A stretch of DNA of 64,000 nt, taken from contig OZ024745.1 in NCBI GenBank assembly GCA_964016885.1, positions 83,080,001 through 83,144,000 on the forward strand. The letters are read 5' to 3'. Positions 1 through 13,792 of this stretch are shown in pieces. The position numbers and the translations under genes are program-made. This DNA comes from Eledone cirrhosa. Lineage: Eukaryota. The notes beneath the pieces are model-generated. The model saw only the letters and a list, made by a program, of their open reading frames with translations, did not search any database and was not told the origin of the DNA. Each line of letters opens with the position of its first letter. Position 1 is the first letter of the stretch.

Positions 1-2868
1 TTACAGACACATACTCAGAGTCGGCCCATTCATTCGGGCCATACTTGCTTCTCTCACCCATCTTTCAACAAAATGCTGGGAAGAGAGCATTTCCCTCTCT
101 ACCCTGATTTTCCTTTTCAAATGAAATTTGAAAAAGTTAATCAGGGCATCACCGAAGAGGTAAGTGCTCGTCTTCAGCCCTTTCAAACGTGTCCACCATA
201 CTATCACTTTCGCCATGACCACCAGACAGATAAAATCTGCCTACCCTTCCCGGCTAAAGGAAGGGGGCGGGGCAATCCTCACGATGGACTCAGCTGATAG
301 CTGGATCCGTCCTACACGTGACAGCAGGTGTTCGACATAAACCCACAAGTCAGCAATGCTCGGACACTGGACGAGTGCGTGCAGGACGGTTTCGTCGCCC
401 TGCGCGCATCTCGGACATGTCCGGCTGACGGCACCTCTATGCCTGTAGAGTTTATCCCGAACTGGAAAAGCTCCTCGGTAGCACTGTCAGGCCAGGGATT
501 TCTGGAAGTTGTCCATATGCCCCGGCCCGAAAGTCCTTCCGAAGAGATTGGCTAGTTGATTTTCGTCGACGCCTAGATTTTCTCCAAGTATGTCGTCGCT
601 CTTGCCCTCCACTAATCCCTTATAGAACGCCAAGGTGGAGTTTCCACCGATCACATTGCCCGATTGGTCGAGGGCTGTGAGCGCCTGAAGAGATTCCAGT
701 CTCCAAGCGCTCCCTCTCGGTCTTCGCTTGACCCAGGACTGCAGCTCCGTCAAGGAGACGAGCTGGGGAAAAACGTGTCTAGCAAACGGCGACCACACCT
801 GATCACCGTCGAGGAAGAGGTGGAGATGTCGTAGCCTGAGCGCGTGACTGCGCATCATCAGCCACGGCACGCCCAGCCCTCCACGTAGCGGGTGTTGACA
901 GCATATGGACCGGCTGACCATCGGAGCGCGTCCCTTTCACAAGAAGCGAAAGAGCAAACGCTCCAGCGCAGTCAGGCGGGGCTTAGGACAAGGTACGACG
1001 GTCAGGCGGTAGTAGATGACGGATGCGATGTACGCATTCGCCACCTCCGCTCGACCTTTCAGGGATAGCTTCCTCTCGGCCCATTTCTGGGTGAGAGAAG
1101 CCACCCTGCTCGTCACCTCGTCCCAGTTTTTGTCCGTCTGGAGGTCTGGACCGAACCAGACCCCTAGCAATTTAACCGGTCCGTCCGTCCAGCGCCCGAC
1201 GACGCTGTTGGACGGCATGGACCTGCCTCTCCAGGTGCCGAGCTGCAGGCCCACTGACTTTTCCTGGTTGATCATTGCTCCTGTCACCGCTTCGTATTCT
1301 CTTAGTGTAGTGCCGATCGCCTCGATGTGTTTGGCGTTCGACACCACTACGGTGACATCGTCGGCATATGCTGACACGGATCTTCCGCATCCTAGTTCGC
1401 GCGGGACCCCCCTCAACGTCTCCAGTTTGTGCAGTAATGGCTCGAGAGTCAATACCTACAATAGGGACGAGAGGGGACATCCTTGGCGGACCGAGCGCAT
1501 GATGTTGAACGGTTCCGAAAGGTGACAGTTCACTCTCACTACACAGCAGATGTCGCTGTGCATGGCAGCGATCCAGCCTCTGAAGACGGGCCCAAAGCCA
1601 GCCGCCCTCAGGACTGCTGCTAGGTAACGATGGTCGACCTTATCGAAGGCTTTCGACTGATCTAAATTGATCAAAGACCCACCCGTGCCAGGTTCCCTAG
1701 CTACCCTCTCTATGATGTATCGCATGAGGTGGGGGTTGTCGTGGATGGATCTGTCGGGAATGGCGCATGTCTGTGCCTCTCCCACCAGACTACCAACGAC
1801 AAGCGCCAACCTCTTTGCTAGCACCTTCGCCAAAATCTTGAACTCTGTGTTTAGCAGAGTTATGGGCCTAAAATTATCTGTGTTACCCCCCTTGTTCGGA
1901 TCCTTTCTCAGCAGCGCCACCGCTCCTTGGCTCACAGAGCTGGGAATTCTCCCGTTCTGTTGCCAGTTGCAGTAGACGTCCGCCAAGAGGCCTCCGAACA
2001 AGTTTGGCATTTGTACGTAAAGTTCATAGGGTAGACCACCCAAACCAGGCGATTACCCCTTGTGCAACTAGTCATTGCATCCCCTACTTCAGCGGTTGTT
2101 ATCGGCTTTTCGCAACACTCCGCCTCAGTGGCCGAAAGCCGCGGCAGTCCGTCGAGGTAGACACTAAAGTCCATCCCTCGAGCCGGCCCGCCACTGCCCC
2201 CGAACAGTTGAGCGAAGTGTCGCTGAAAAGCTTCACACATTTGCCCGGGATCGAGTAGCATGCGCCCGTCGTGGTCCACCAAAGACCGGATCGTGGCTTT
2301 GTTGCCACGACGCGCCTCCGCCACTCGGGCCCATTGAACGGCTTTCGTCCCCTCGTGTCTGAGAGCACGCACCCTAGCTCTGACAACGCGGCCTTCGTTC
2401 TTTGCATTGAAGAATTGGTCAAGGGCCAATTTCGCCGCAAGTACGTCGATCGCGATGCCTTTGCTAAGCGCCTCATCTAATTTTCTAACTAATTCAACCT
2501 CTGCTCTATTTTTCTCTATTGCTAAAGTCTTACTAAACCTAATGGACTCTATTCTAATTGCTCTTTTCAGAGCAAACCACCACTTGTTGTTGACGATGGC
2601 CCCCGTCAACGCCCGCTTAACTAGTTCGCTAATCCGGTCTCTGTAGGCCTTGCGCGCTGGTAAGGACGCGTTTAGCTTCCAGTAGCCGGGTCCTCGTCTA
2701 TGAAGCCTATCTAAGTCAAGCACACAGATCACGAATTTGTGGTCCGTGTAGCTGACTATCTTGAATTGTGGACAGCCTATGCTAGGCCTATCTATTTCCC
2801 TACAAAATACTCTATCTAGATATGATCTGGATGACCCTATGCGATTTGTCCAAGTCCACATTGGTGTC
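1..2868 (-). pseudogene. Tx1 ORF2 remnant (APE C-terminal end, reverse transcriptase, CCHC), frameshifted
   Basis: ORF pieces 1932-2999 (WTW..SYLDR..YTDH..GYWKLN), 1456-2043, 937-1452, 487-921 and 1-222 are collinear parts of one L1-type ORF2. Confidence 0.9.
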
Positions 2869-3213
2869 ATGTACGTTTTCTGTGTGATGCGAGTGATTTG
2901 TATGTTTGGAGGTGGTGTGGATTTTGGGGTTGTTGTGGAGTCTTTTTCTGTGATGCTGGTGTTGTGTTGGATGTAGTGTAATAATTGCTTGTTGTTCAAA
3001 CTTAATGCTGTGTAGTGTGTATCGTTTTGGTTGTTTTATTTTGTTTGCGTTTGTTGTGGGTTTGTTTCTGTTTCGCATTTTGGTGACTTTTGTGGTGTAG
3101 GTGATGGTGGTGTTGGGGTTAATGATGGTGATGGTGTTGGTGTTTGGGTTGATGGGGTTGGTGATGCTGGTGTGGATGGTGGCATATCTGTCCTAACTTT
3201 TTTGTTTCTTAAT

Positions 3214-4727
3214 TTATTTGTTTCCCTCTGTATTTTGTTTTTTTGGGGGGGGAAGGAAGAGAATTTTTTCTTTTTTGGTTTCTTTTTTTTTTCCGGATAT
3301 CGTTTCCCACCCCTCGTCGTCACAATCTGTCTCCAGTTGTGATGGGCCGGGGAGTGGAAAATCCTCCACAGGCGTTAGTTTTGCTTGTGGCGTGGTGGAT
3401 GGTGTAGGCGCTGGTGCTAGTTCTGAAGTGTTGGGTGGTGGTGGTGGTGGTTTTGCTGGTGGTGGTGGTGGTGTTGGTTTTGCTACTGTTGCTGGGATTG
3501 TTGCTGTTATAGTTGCTTCTGTTGTTGCTGCTACAGTTGTTGCTGCCATCTCTGCTACTGGTGGTGTTGATGTTTGTGTCACTGGGGTGGGTAGGAGAGG
3601 TGGCCTCAACCTTTTAGCCTGAGGGCAGAAAGCCTTTAGGTGGGTTCCTTCACCACAAACGACACACCTAGGTCTTCTGCTCTCGACAATTACCGTGAGG
3701 TGGCTGCCGTCAGTGAGGTCTATTACCTCTGGGATCTCCTCAATGCTTTTTTGGTCCGCTTGGATCAGGAGCTCCATCCCAGATCCGGACCATTTCTCCT
3801 GCTTTTCTTTTGCTATTGCTATTATTTTTGTGTTGGCTTCGATGCCAGCGAGGACGGCCGCTATTAGCCAGGGAATTTGGATGGCCGGTGAAACGTGGGT
3901 CACCCTGATATTTACGAGTCTCTGGCCACAATAGCTTGGGACGAGTGTGAAGTCGTCACTTCTTAATGGGGCCATGGAGTGTTCTCTAGCCTCCTCTGGT
4001 GTTTCAAAGAACACGTCCACGGTTCCATACTTTTGCCCACGTCTGATGTGGGTTTTTCTTGCCCACACATGTCCCAAAGCTTTTTGGATTTGGGACTCGG
4101 ATGCCCGTTACACTCGGCGCGATTTTACATTTATTGTTCGATACGACACGGTGCATAGGCGCCGATGCTCCATTTTATTAGGTGGGGGGGGGGGGGGGGC
4201 TGACCCTGTACCCATCTTTCTTTCTTTACCATTTGTTTGGCATTTTCTAAATCCTCCTGAGTTACCGTAAATGCTTCGAACTGTTTTGCTACTCTGGCAA
4301 AACTAAGGGTGGTTTTTATAATGTCATTGTTGTTGTTGTTGCTATCGTTATTTGTGTTATTATTAATTTTAGTTTCAGCTGTAGTGGTGGTGACGTCAGT
4401 CATCTTTGGTGGGGAAGAGTCCATTTTGCTTGATTTCATTTCGACATCAGGAGTTAATTTATATTTTTCTTCTTTTGTTTCTGTTGTCGCGGTGGTGGTG
4501 GGGGTGGTGGTTGTCGCGGTGGTGGTGGTGGTGGAGGCTTTAACACCAGCAGTCATTGGTAATGGCGGGAAATGAATGTCTGCCTGAGACAAATTTAAAA
4601 TATTGCTACTGCTTATATTTTTTGTAGTGTTGGCAAACGTAGTAACAGTTACAATGGTGGTGTCGGTGTGAGGTGTTAATTTGTGAGAAAGGCTTTCAGC
4701 TGCTTGATGCAGAAGTGAATTAGCCAT
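3214..4727 (-). pseudogene. Tx1 ORF1 (gag-like, Cx2Cx4Hx4C knuckle, Thr/Pro-rich), frameshifted
   Basis: MANS start at 4727, SFARV motif, CVVCGEGTHLKAFC; frame break near the G-run at ~4185-4200; homologous region in copy B. Confidence 0.8.
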
Positions 4728-4936
4728 TTTTTTTCAAAGAAATTTTTTGATAATCATAAAAGTTTAAATTTTGGGCACAAGGCCCCAATCTTTTTGGGTG
4801 TCCTTTTCGGAAAACAATGTATGTGCGCTTATATATGGTTAACAATAAAAATGTTCAATAAATGGCAATTTTTAACAAACGGAAATAACAGACCTTTGCG
4901 GAGCTCACGATGATACGATTTACTACGTCGGTCGCC

Positions 4937-4983
<47 letters not shown>
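4937..4983. repeat. (TAA)n tract between Tx1 A and Dong-like copy 1
   Basis: Direct reading. Similar tracts at 6559-6586, 10132-10155, 13760-13781, 15115-15136, 15235-15257, 15458-15484 (TTA), 19167-19186 and 20366-20379. Confidence 0.98.
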
Positions 4984-6558
4984 GCAACGTTCACCAGAGG
5001 AAAGCTGCTGAAAAGTTCAGACATTAATCTTGATCGGGGGAATGTGATAAGAGAACTTGATCAAGAGGAAACTTACAGATATCTAGGTGTTTGTGAAGGA
5101 GACGGAATCAAGCACTCGACAATGAGGGAAAGGATAAGGAAGGAATGTTACCGCAGAATAAAAGCAATCTTAAGAACGGAATTGAATGCAAGGAATAGGA
5201 TCGATGCCATAAACACGCTTGCCATACCAGTAGTAACCTACAGTTACAATGTCATCAACTGGTCCAGCACAGAGATCCGTAGGCTCGATACAAAAATTAT
5301 AAAATTCTTAACCATGCACAGAATGCATCACCCGAAGGCAGATACAGATAGAATATATCTCCCTAGGAAAGAAGGAGGATGTGTGTTAATCCAGTTAGAC
5401 ATTGCATTGAAAACTGCAACAATTGAATTATCTACATATCTAAGGGAATCACATGATTGGATGATCAAACTCGTTTTGAAACACGAAAGCATCAAAAGAT
5501 CATACTCCATTACAAAAGATGCACAAAGATACAGTAATGGACTACAAATTTCAGAAGTCCCATTACTGCTGAAATGGAAAACACAGAAAAAGCAAAGCAG
5601 GTAAAAGTAACTGCAAAGAAAGAACTGCTACAGAAACTGGCTAAGAAATGGCAAGAAAAGCCTCTGTATGGAAAATACCCAGAACGAGCTAACAATCCTG
5701 ATGTTGACAAAACTTTAACCCATCAGTGGTTGGCATCCTCTGGACTGAAATCGGAGACTGAAGGACTGATTATATCAGCACAAGATCAGTGTCTGCCAAC
5801 AAAAAGTTACCAAGCCAACATATTAAAAAATGGATGCAGCCCATTATGCCGTGTATGCAAAAAACAACCATAGACCATTGACCATATAATTTCAATGTGC
5901 AGTCCTATAGCTCCAACCGAATACCTAAACAGGCATGACAGAGCTGCACAATACATACATTAGATAATGTGTAAGCATTTTGACCTGCCCCATCAAAAGA
6001 ATTGGTGGGAGCATCAACCACCTCCCATACTTGAAAAAGATCACATCTCAATCTTGTGGAACTTTAGCATCCAAACAGACCGAAAAATAGATGCAAAGAG
6101 ACCTGATATAATATTGAAGGACTTTAAAAAGAGGGTATGTTGCTAATTGATATGTCCGTTCCAATAGACAAGAATGTATCTATAAAAACATTTGAAAAAT
6201 TGAGCAAGTATAAGGACCTGGAGATAGAAATTGGAAAAAATGTGGAAATTGAGAACTAAAACAATACCAGTGGTTGTAGGCGCTCTAGGAATGATACCTA
6301 AGGGGTCTAATGATTACTTATCGCAAATCCCAGGAAACCCACGTATAGAAGAAATACAAAAGATAGTACTAATGGGAACTGCCCATATACTAAGGAAGAT
6401 TCTGTCAATATAAGTACATCACAAATCTAAACACCTAAAGATGCACGTGTGAATATGTATGTTCTTTCTTGAACATGGCGGACCTTGTTGTCTCTTGAGG
6501 TCACTGGTTGTGACTTGGTGATAACTCGTATGAACATAAAGCAAGATAAATGCAGCTG
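4984..6558 (+). mobile_element. R4/Dong-like (RLE) non-LTR retrotransposon, 5'-truncated, disrupted
   Basis: YRYLG, AINTLAIPVVTYS, HPKADTDRIYLPRKEGG, GLKSETEGLIISAQDQ, CRVC zinc finger, RHD, RPD, IPVVVGALG..IQKIVLMGTAHILRKIL; ends in (TAA)n. Confidence 0.9.
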
Positions 6559-6586
6559 TAATAATAATAATAATAATAATAATAAT

Positions 6587-9500
6587 GCTTTCTTTATTAA
6601 CCACAAGGGTTTACATAAAGTAGACATTAAGGACAGTACAGGACAATACAGGACGGTACAAATGGGCATTTCTGTGTGTAAAAAACAGAGGATGTAATAA
6701 AAATAACAATGAAAAATTCCCCAATGGCGGGGAGACTTCGGAGGGACATTTGTGGAGAAAGCCCATTAAAACGCCACAGTGACCCTGACCACCAGGGCAA
6801 GTGCCCTCTCCCAGTTTTCCACCTTTAATTTACAGACATATACTCAGAGTAGGCCCATTCACTCGGGCCATACTTGCTTTTCTCACCCATCTTTCAACAA
6901 AATGCTGGGATAAGAGCACTTCCCTCTCTACCCTGATTTTCCTTTTCAAATGAAATTTGAAAAAGTTAATCAGGGCATCAGCGAGAGGTAGATGCTCGTC
7001 TTCAGCCCTTTCAAACGTGTCCACCATACTATCTCTTTCGCCATGGCCACCAGACAGATAAAAACTGCCTGCCCTTACCGGCTAAAGGAAGAGGGCGGGG
7101 CAATCCTCACGATGGACTCAGCTGATAGCTGGAACCGTCCTACACTTAACAGCAGGTCTTCGACATAAACCCACAAATCAGCAATGCTCGGACACTGGAC
7201 GAGTGCGTGCAGGACGGTTTCGTCGCCCTGCGCGCATCTCGGACATGCCCGGCTGAGGGCACCTCCATGCCTGTAGAGTTTATCCCGAACTGGCAAAGCC
7301 CCTCGGTAGCACTGCCAGGCCAGGGATTTCTGGAAGTTGTCCATAGGCCCCGGCCCGAAAGTCCTTCCGATTTGTGGATTTATGTCGAACACCTGCTGTC
7401 ACGTGTAGGACGGATCCAGCTATCAGCTGAGTCCATCGTGAGGATTGCCCCGCCCTCTTCCTTTAGCCGGGAAGAGCAGGCAGTTTTTATCAGTCTGGCG
7501 GCCATGGCGAAAGAGATAGTATGGTGGACAAGATTAAAAGGGTTAAAGACAAACACTTTCCTCTTCGGCGCCAACCTCTTTCAGGGAAAGCTTCCTCTCA
7601 ACCCATTTCTGGGTGAGGGAGGCCACCCTGCTCGTCACCTCGTCCCAGTTTTTGTCCGTCTGGAGGTCCGGACCGAACCAGACCCCTAGCAATTTAACCG
7701 GTCCCTCCGTCCAGCGCCCGACGACGCTGTTGGACGGCATGGACCTGCCTCTCCAGGTGCCGAGCTGCAGGACCACTGACTTTTCCTGGTTGATCATTGC
7801 TCCTGTCACCGCTTCGTATTCTCTTAGTGTAGTGCCGATCGCCTCGATGTGTTTGGCGTTCGACACCACTACAGTGACATCGTCCGCATATGCTGACACG
7901 GATCTTCCGCATCCTAGTTCGCACGGGACGCCCCTCAACGTCTCCAGTTTGTGCAGTAATGGCTCGAGAGTCAATACGTACAAGAGGGACGAGAGGGGAC
8001 ATCCTTAGCGGACCAAGCGCATGATGTTGAACGGTTCCGAAAGGTGACCGTTCACTCTCACCACAGAGCAGATGTCTCTGTGCATGGCAGCGATCCAGCC
8101 TCTGAAGCCGGGCCCAAAGCCAGCCGCGATCAGGACTGCCGCTAGGTAACGATGGTCGACTCTATCGTAAGCTTTCGACTGATCTGGCACAAGTGTAATA
8201 ATTGGTTGTTGTTCAAATTTGATGCTGTGTAGTGTTTATCGTTTTGGTTGTTTTGTTTTGTTTGTGTTTGTTGTGGGTTTGTTTCTGTTTCACTTTTTGG
8301 TGACTTTTGTGGTGTAGGTGATGGTGGTGTTGGGGTTAATGATGGTGATGGTGTTGGTGTTTGGGTTGATAGGGTTGGTGATGCTGGTGTGGATGGTGGC
8401 ATATCTGTCCTAACTCTTTTGTTTGATAGTTTATTTGTTTCCCTCTGTATTTTGTTTTTGGAGGGGGAAGGAAGAGAACTTTTTTCTTTTTTGGTTTCTT
8501 TTTTTCTTTTTTCCTGATACCGTTTCCCACTCCTCGTCGTCACAATCTGTCTCCAGTTGTGATAGGCCAGGGAGTGGAAAATCCTCCACGGGCGTTAGTT
8601 TTGGTTGTGGCGTGGTGGATGGTGTAGGCGCTGATGCTAGTTCTGAAGCGTTGGGAGGTGGTGGTGTTGGTTTTGCTACTGTTGCTGGGGTTGTTGCTGT
8701 TATAGTTGCTTCTGTTGTTGCTGCTACAGTTGTTGCTGCCATCTCTGCTGCTGGTGGTGTTGATGGTTGAGTCACTGAGTGGGTAGGAGAGGTGGCCTCA
8801 ACCTTTTAGCAGAAAGCCCTTAGGTGGGTTCTTTCACCACAAACGACGCACCTAGGCCTTCTTCCCTCGACAATTACGGTGAGGTGGCTGCCGTCAGTGA
8901 GGTCTATTACCTCTGGGATCTCCTCAATGCTTTTTTGGTCCGCTTGGATCAGGAGCTCCATCCCAGATCCGAACCAGTTCTCCTGCTTTTCTTTTGCTAT
9001 CGCTATTATCTTGGTGTTGGCTTCGATGCCGGCGAGGACGGCAGCTATTAGCCAGGGAATTTCGATGGCCGGGGGAACGTGGGTCACCCTGATCTTTACG
9101 AGTCTCTGGCCACAATAGCTTGGGACGAGTGTGAAGTCGTCACTTCTTAATGGGTCCATGGAGTGTTCTCTAAGCCTCCTCTGGTGTTTCAAAGAACACG
9201 TCCACGGTTCCATACTTCTGCCCACGTCTGATGTGGGTTTTTCTTGCCCACACATGTCCCAAAGCTTTTTGAATTTGGGACTCGGATGCCCGTTCCACTC
9301 AGCACGATTTTACATTAATTGTTCGATAAAACACGGTGCATAGGCGCCGATGCTCCATTTTATTAGGTGGTGGGGGAGGGGGGGCTGACCCTGTACCCAT
9401 CTTTCCTTACCATTTTTGGCTTCTTCTAATTCCTCCTGAGTTACCTGAAATGCTTCGCACTGTTTTGCTACTCTGCCAAAACTCAGGGTGGTTTTCTTAA

Positions 9501-10131
9501 TGTCATTGTTGCTGTTTATGTTATCGTCATTTTTGTTATTATTAATTTTAGTTTCAGTTGTGGTTGTGGTGGCGTCAGTGGTGTTCGGTGTGTAAGAATT
9601 CATTTTGGTTGAATTCATTTCGACATCACGAATTAATTTATATTTTCTTTTGTTTCTGTTGTCGCGGTGGTGGTGGCGGTGGTGGTTGTCGTGGGGGGGG
9701 GGGGTTGTCGCGGTGGTGGTGGTGGTGGTGGCGGCGTTAACACCTGCAGTCATTGGTAATGGCGGGAAATGAATGTCTGCCTGAGACAAATTTAAAATAT
9801 TGCTACTGCTTAAATTTTTAGTGTTGGCAAACGTAGTAATATTTACAATGTTGGTGACGGTGTGAGGTGTTAGTTTGTTAGGAAGGCTCTCAGCTGCTTG
9901 GTGCAGAGGTGAATCAGCCATGATTTTTTCAAAGAAATTTTTTGATAATCATAAAAGTATAAATTTTGGGCACAAGGCCCCAATCTTTTTGGGTGTCCTT
10001 TTCGGAAAACAATGTATGTGCACTTATATATATTTAACAATAAAACATTTCCATAAATGGCAATTTTTAACAAACGGAAACAACAAACCTTTGCGGAGAT
10101 CACGATGATACGATTTACTACGTAGGTCGCC
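6587..10131 (-). mobile_element. Tx1 copy B (alpha); both termini present; internal deletion at ~8185 and inverted insert at 7369-7572
   Basis: 3' end ...CCTTGTGGTTAATAAAGAAAGC+(ATT)n; 5' end GGCGACC after (TTA)n; ORF1 and RT remnants highly similar to copy A. Confidence 0.92.
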
Positions 10132-10155
10132 AATAATAATAATAATAATAATAAT

Positions 10156-13100
10156 GATTTCTTTATTGGCTACAAGGGCTGACATCAAGAAACACATTAC
10201 AGACGGCACAGGACGGTACGGTGTGGGTTTTGTGCGTGTAAATATTTTTATTATTTATATAAGAAAAGAAAAAAAAGGACATAAAACATATATATATATA
10301 AACAATAAAAATTAAAATTGAAACAATGAAAAATTCCCCAATAGGGGGGAAACCTCCGAGGGTTACTCGTGGCGAAAATCACACAAAAGACCACGGCCAC
10401 CCTGACCACCAGGGCAAGCGCCCTCTCTCAATTTTTCCATCTCTCAAACTACAGACGTATATTCAGTTGACTCGGACCATTCTCGCTACAAACTTGCTAA
10501 AAAGCAGCACTTGCCTCTCCACACTGATTTTCCTCTTCAAGTGAAACTTGAAAAAGTTAATTAGGGATTCGCCGAAGAGGAAAGTGTTTGTCTTTAACCC
10601 TTTTAATCTTGTCCACCACACAATCTCTTTCGCCATGGCCACCAGGCAGATGAAAACCGCCTGCCCTTCCTCCTCGAATGAAGACTGCGAGACCATCTGC
10701 ACAATGGACTCAGTCGACAACCGGATCAATCCCACAAGTGACAGAAATTGTTCGACATAGCTCCACAAGTCAGCAATGCTCGGGCACTGAACGAGTGCGT
10801 GCACAACGGTTTCGTGTCTCTGTGCGCATCTCGGACAGGCTCGGCTGACGGCACTTCCGTACCCGTAGAGCTTATCTCGAACCGGCAGCGCTCCCCGGTA
10901 GCACTGCCAGGCCAGGGATTTTTGGAAGTTATCCATAGGCCCCGGGCTGAAAGTTCTCCGGAAGAGAGCAAACAGCTGATCTTCTTCCACGCCCAGGATC
11001 TCTCCGAGAATGTCGTCGCTCTTCCCCTCCACTAGTCTTCTATAGAACGCCGAGGTGGATGTTCCACCGATAATGGTGCCCAACTGGGAGAGGGCAGTGA
11101 GCGCCTGGAGACATTCGAGTTTCCAAGCGCTATCCCTCGGTCTTTTTCTGACCCAGGACTACAGCTCCGTCAAGGAGACGAGCTGTCGGAAAACGTGCCT
11201 GGCGAACGGCGACCACACCCGTTCACCATCAAGGAAGCACCAGAGATGTCGCAGCCTCAGCGCATGTTTGCGCATCGTCAGCCATGGCATGCCCAGACCT
11301 CCACGCAACGTGTGTTGACAGCAGATGGATCGTCTGTCCATGGGAGCGCGTCCATTCCACATAAAGCGGAAGATGAGGCGCTCAATTTTGGTGAGAGTTG
11401 GGCTGGAGCAAGGGACGACGGTGAGGCGGTAGCAGATGACGGATGCGATGTACGCATTCGCCACTTCCGCCCGGCCTTTCAGGGGCAGCTTCCTCTCAAC
11501 CCATTTCTGAGTGAGGGAGGCAACCCTGCTCGTCACCTCGTCCCAGTTTTTCTCCATTTGGAGGTCCGGACCGAACCAGATCCCGAGCAATTTAACCGGT
11601 CCGTCCGGTCAACGCCCCACGACGCTGTCGGACGGCATGGACTTTCCTCTCCAGGTGCCGAGCTGCAAGCCCACCGACTTTTCCTGGTTTATCTTTTTGC
11701 TCCTGTCACCGCTTCGTATTCATTGAGAGCGTTGCCGAGCATCTGGACGTGTCTGGTGCTCGACACCACCACGTTGACATCGTCAGCCTAAGCCTACTCG
11801 GATTTCCCGCATCCTAGTTCGCGTGGGAGCCCCTCATCGCCCCCAGTTTGTGCAGTAACGGCTTGAGAGCCAATACGTACAAGAGGGACGAGAGGGGACA
11901 ACCCTGGCGGTCTGAGCGCATGATGCTGAACAGCTGCGACAGGTGACAGTTCACCCTCATAACTGAGCAGATGTCGCTGTACATTGCTGCGATCCAACCC
12001 CTGAAAACGGGCACGAAACTGGCTGCCTCGAGGACCGCCGCCAGCTACCGATGGTCGACCTTATCGAATGCTTTGGATTGTTTCAAGTTGATCAGGGCCC
12101 CTCCCTTGCCAGGTTCCTTAACCACCCTCTCTATGATGTATCGCATGAGGTGGAGGTTGTCGTCTATGGATCTGTCCGGAATGGCGCATGTCTGCGCCTC
12201 TCCCATAAGACCCTTGACGACAAGAGCCAACCTCGTTGCTAACACCGTGGCCAAAATCTTGAACTCTGCGTTTAGCAGGGTTATGGACCTGAAATTATCG
12301 ATAACATTCCCCTTGTTCGGGTCTTTTCTCAGCAGCTCCACTGCTCTCCGGCTCACAAATCTGGGAATGCTCCCGTTCTGCTGTAGTTGCAGTAGACGTC
12401 TGCCAAGAGGTCACCGAACAAGTCTGGCATAAATGTATAAAGCTCGTAGGGCAGACCATCTAAACCTGGCGATTTACCCCTTGTGCAGTTAGCCATCGCT
12501 TCCCGCATTTCACCGGCTGTTATTGGCTTTTCGCAACACTGTGCTGCGGTCGTCGAGAGCCGAGGCAGTCCGTCGAGGTATGCACTGAAGTCCATGCCCC
12601 GATCCGGGCCGCAGCCGCTCCCGAACAGTTTAGCAAATTGCTGCTGAAAAGCTTCACACATCCGCACGGGTTCGAGCATCACGCACCCATTTTGGTCAGA
12701 CCAAAACCGAATTGTGGCTTTGTTGCCACGTCGCGCCTCTGCCACCCGGGCCCATTGAACGGCTTTTGTCCCCTCGTGTTTCAGAGCACGCGCTCTAGCT
12801 CTGACAACGCAGCCTTAGTGTTTTGCGTTAAAGAATTGGTCGAGTGCCATCCCGCCGCAAGCACGTCGGTTGCGATGCCTGTCCTAAAAGGCCTCTTCTA
12901 GCTTTCTGACTAGCTCTCCCTGTACTCTATTTTCCTCTACCACTACTCCTTTGCTAAACCTAATCGATTCTAGTTTAATTGCCCCTTTAAGGGCGAAACA
13001 CCACCTGTTGTTGACGACCGCTCCCGTCAACGCCCGCTTAACTTATACACTAATCCGGTCTCTGTAGGCTCTGCGCGCCGGGAAAGACGCGTTCAGTTTC

Positions 13101-13760
13101 CAGTAACCAGGCCCTATGAAGTCTAGCCTTGTATACTAGCCTTATCTAGTTCTCTGCAGAATACCCTATCGAGATACGATCTGGATGACGCGATGCGGTT
13201 TGTCCATGTCTACATTTGCACATTCGGGTGATCCAGTCGATACCTGTCAGACAGTTCAAAACGTCTGAGCAGGTTGGTAAGGCTCTTGCACCTTCCTCCC
13301 CTATCCACTAGCCCCACACGATCCCAGCGTGCATCCAAGATACCGTTCCAGTCGCCCACTAACACTAAAGAGCGAGACGTTCCAAGAAAGGTCTCTCGAC
13401 GTCTGAAGAAATTTGGCCGTCCTGCCCCTGCTGGGGCGTAGACGGCTACTAGCCTGAAAGCATTGCCTTCGCTTCCGGTCACATCCAGCTCCACCGACTT
13501 ACCTTCTGGGTCCAGGAAGATGGCCCGTATCGCGAGATGTGGGTTTTGCGTGCCCAGACGCACCCAAGGCCTTTTGGATTTGAGCCTCCGTGGCTCTGTC
13601 CACTCGATGTGAGATTTTGCTTCCGGTGCGGTAAGTCACCGTCCGTAGCTGCTGGTCCTTGAAAAAATCGGGTGGAGGTTTCAGGGAAACTCTATTTGCG
13701 CTTCTTGTCACCATGGCCCTTGCGACTGCCATCACCTTCTCTGTGACTAACACTGTCTCT
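10156..13760 (-). mobile_element. Tx1 copy C (subfamily beta), 5'-truncated, deletion fusing ORF1 to APE
   Basis: 3' end ...CCTTGTAGCCAATAAAGAAATC+(ATT)n; APE motifs VAVYAP and VLVGDWN; RT motifs; CPRC..H...QC; ORF1-like TEAQIQKALG segment above 13540. Confidence 0.9.
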
Positions 13761-13792
13761 AATAATAATAATAATAATAATGCTTTCTTTTT

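Larger units (their letters stand above)
1..4936 (-). mobile_element. L1/Tx1-clade LINE copy A (subfamily alpha); 3' UTR lies outside the window; most of the endonuclease is deleted
   Basis: 5' end GGCGACC abuts (TTA)n. ORF1 has a CCHC knuckle. ORF2 fragments show RT motifs (NFRPITLLNTEFKILAK, LDQSKAFDKVDH, VRQGCPLS, AYADD) and a C-terminal zinc finger. Confidence 0.92.

Noticed and set aside
4870-4936. HDV-like ribozyme at the Tx1 5' end (GGCGACC could pair with GGTCTGTT)
   Set aside because: P1 is imperfect and P1.1, P2, P3 and J4/2 could not be built by eye; a covariance search would settle it.
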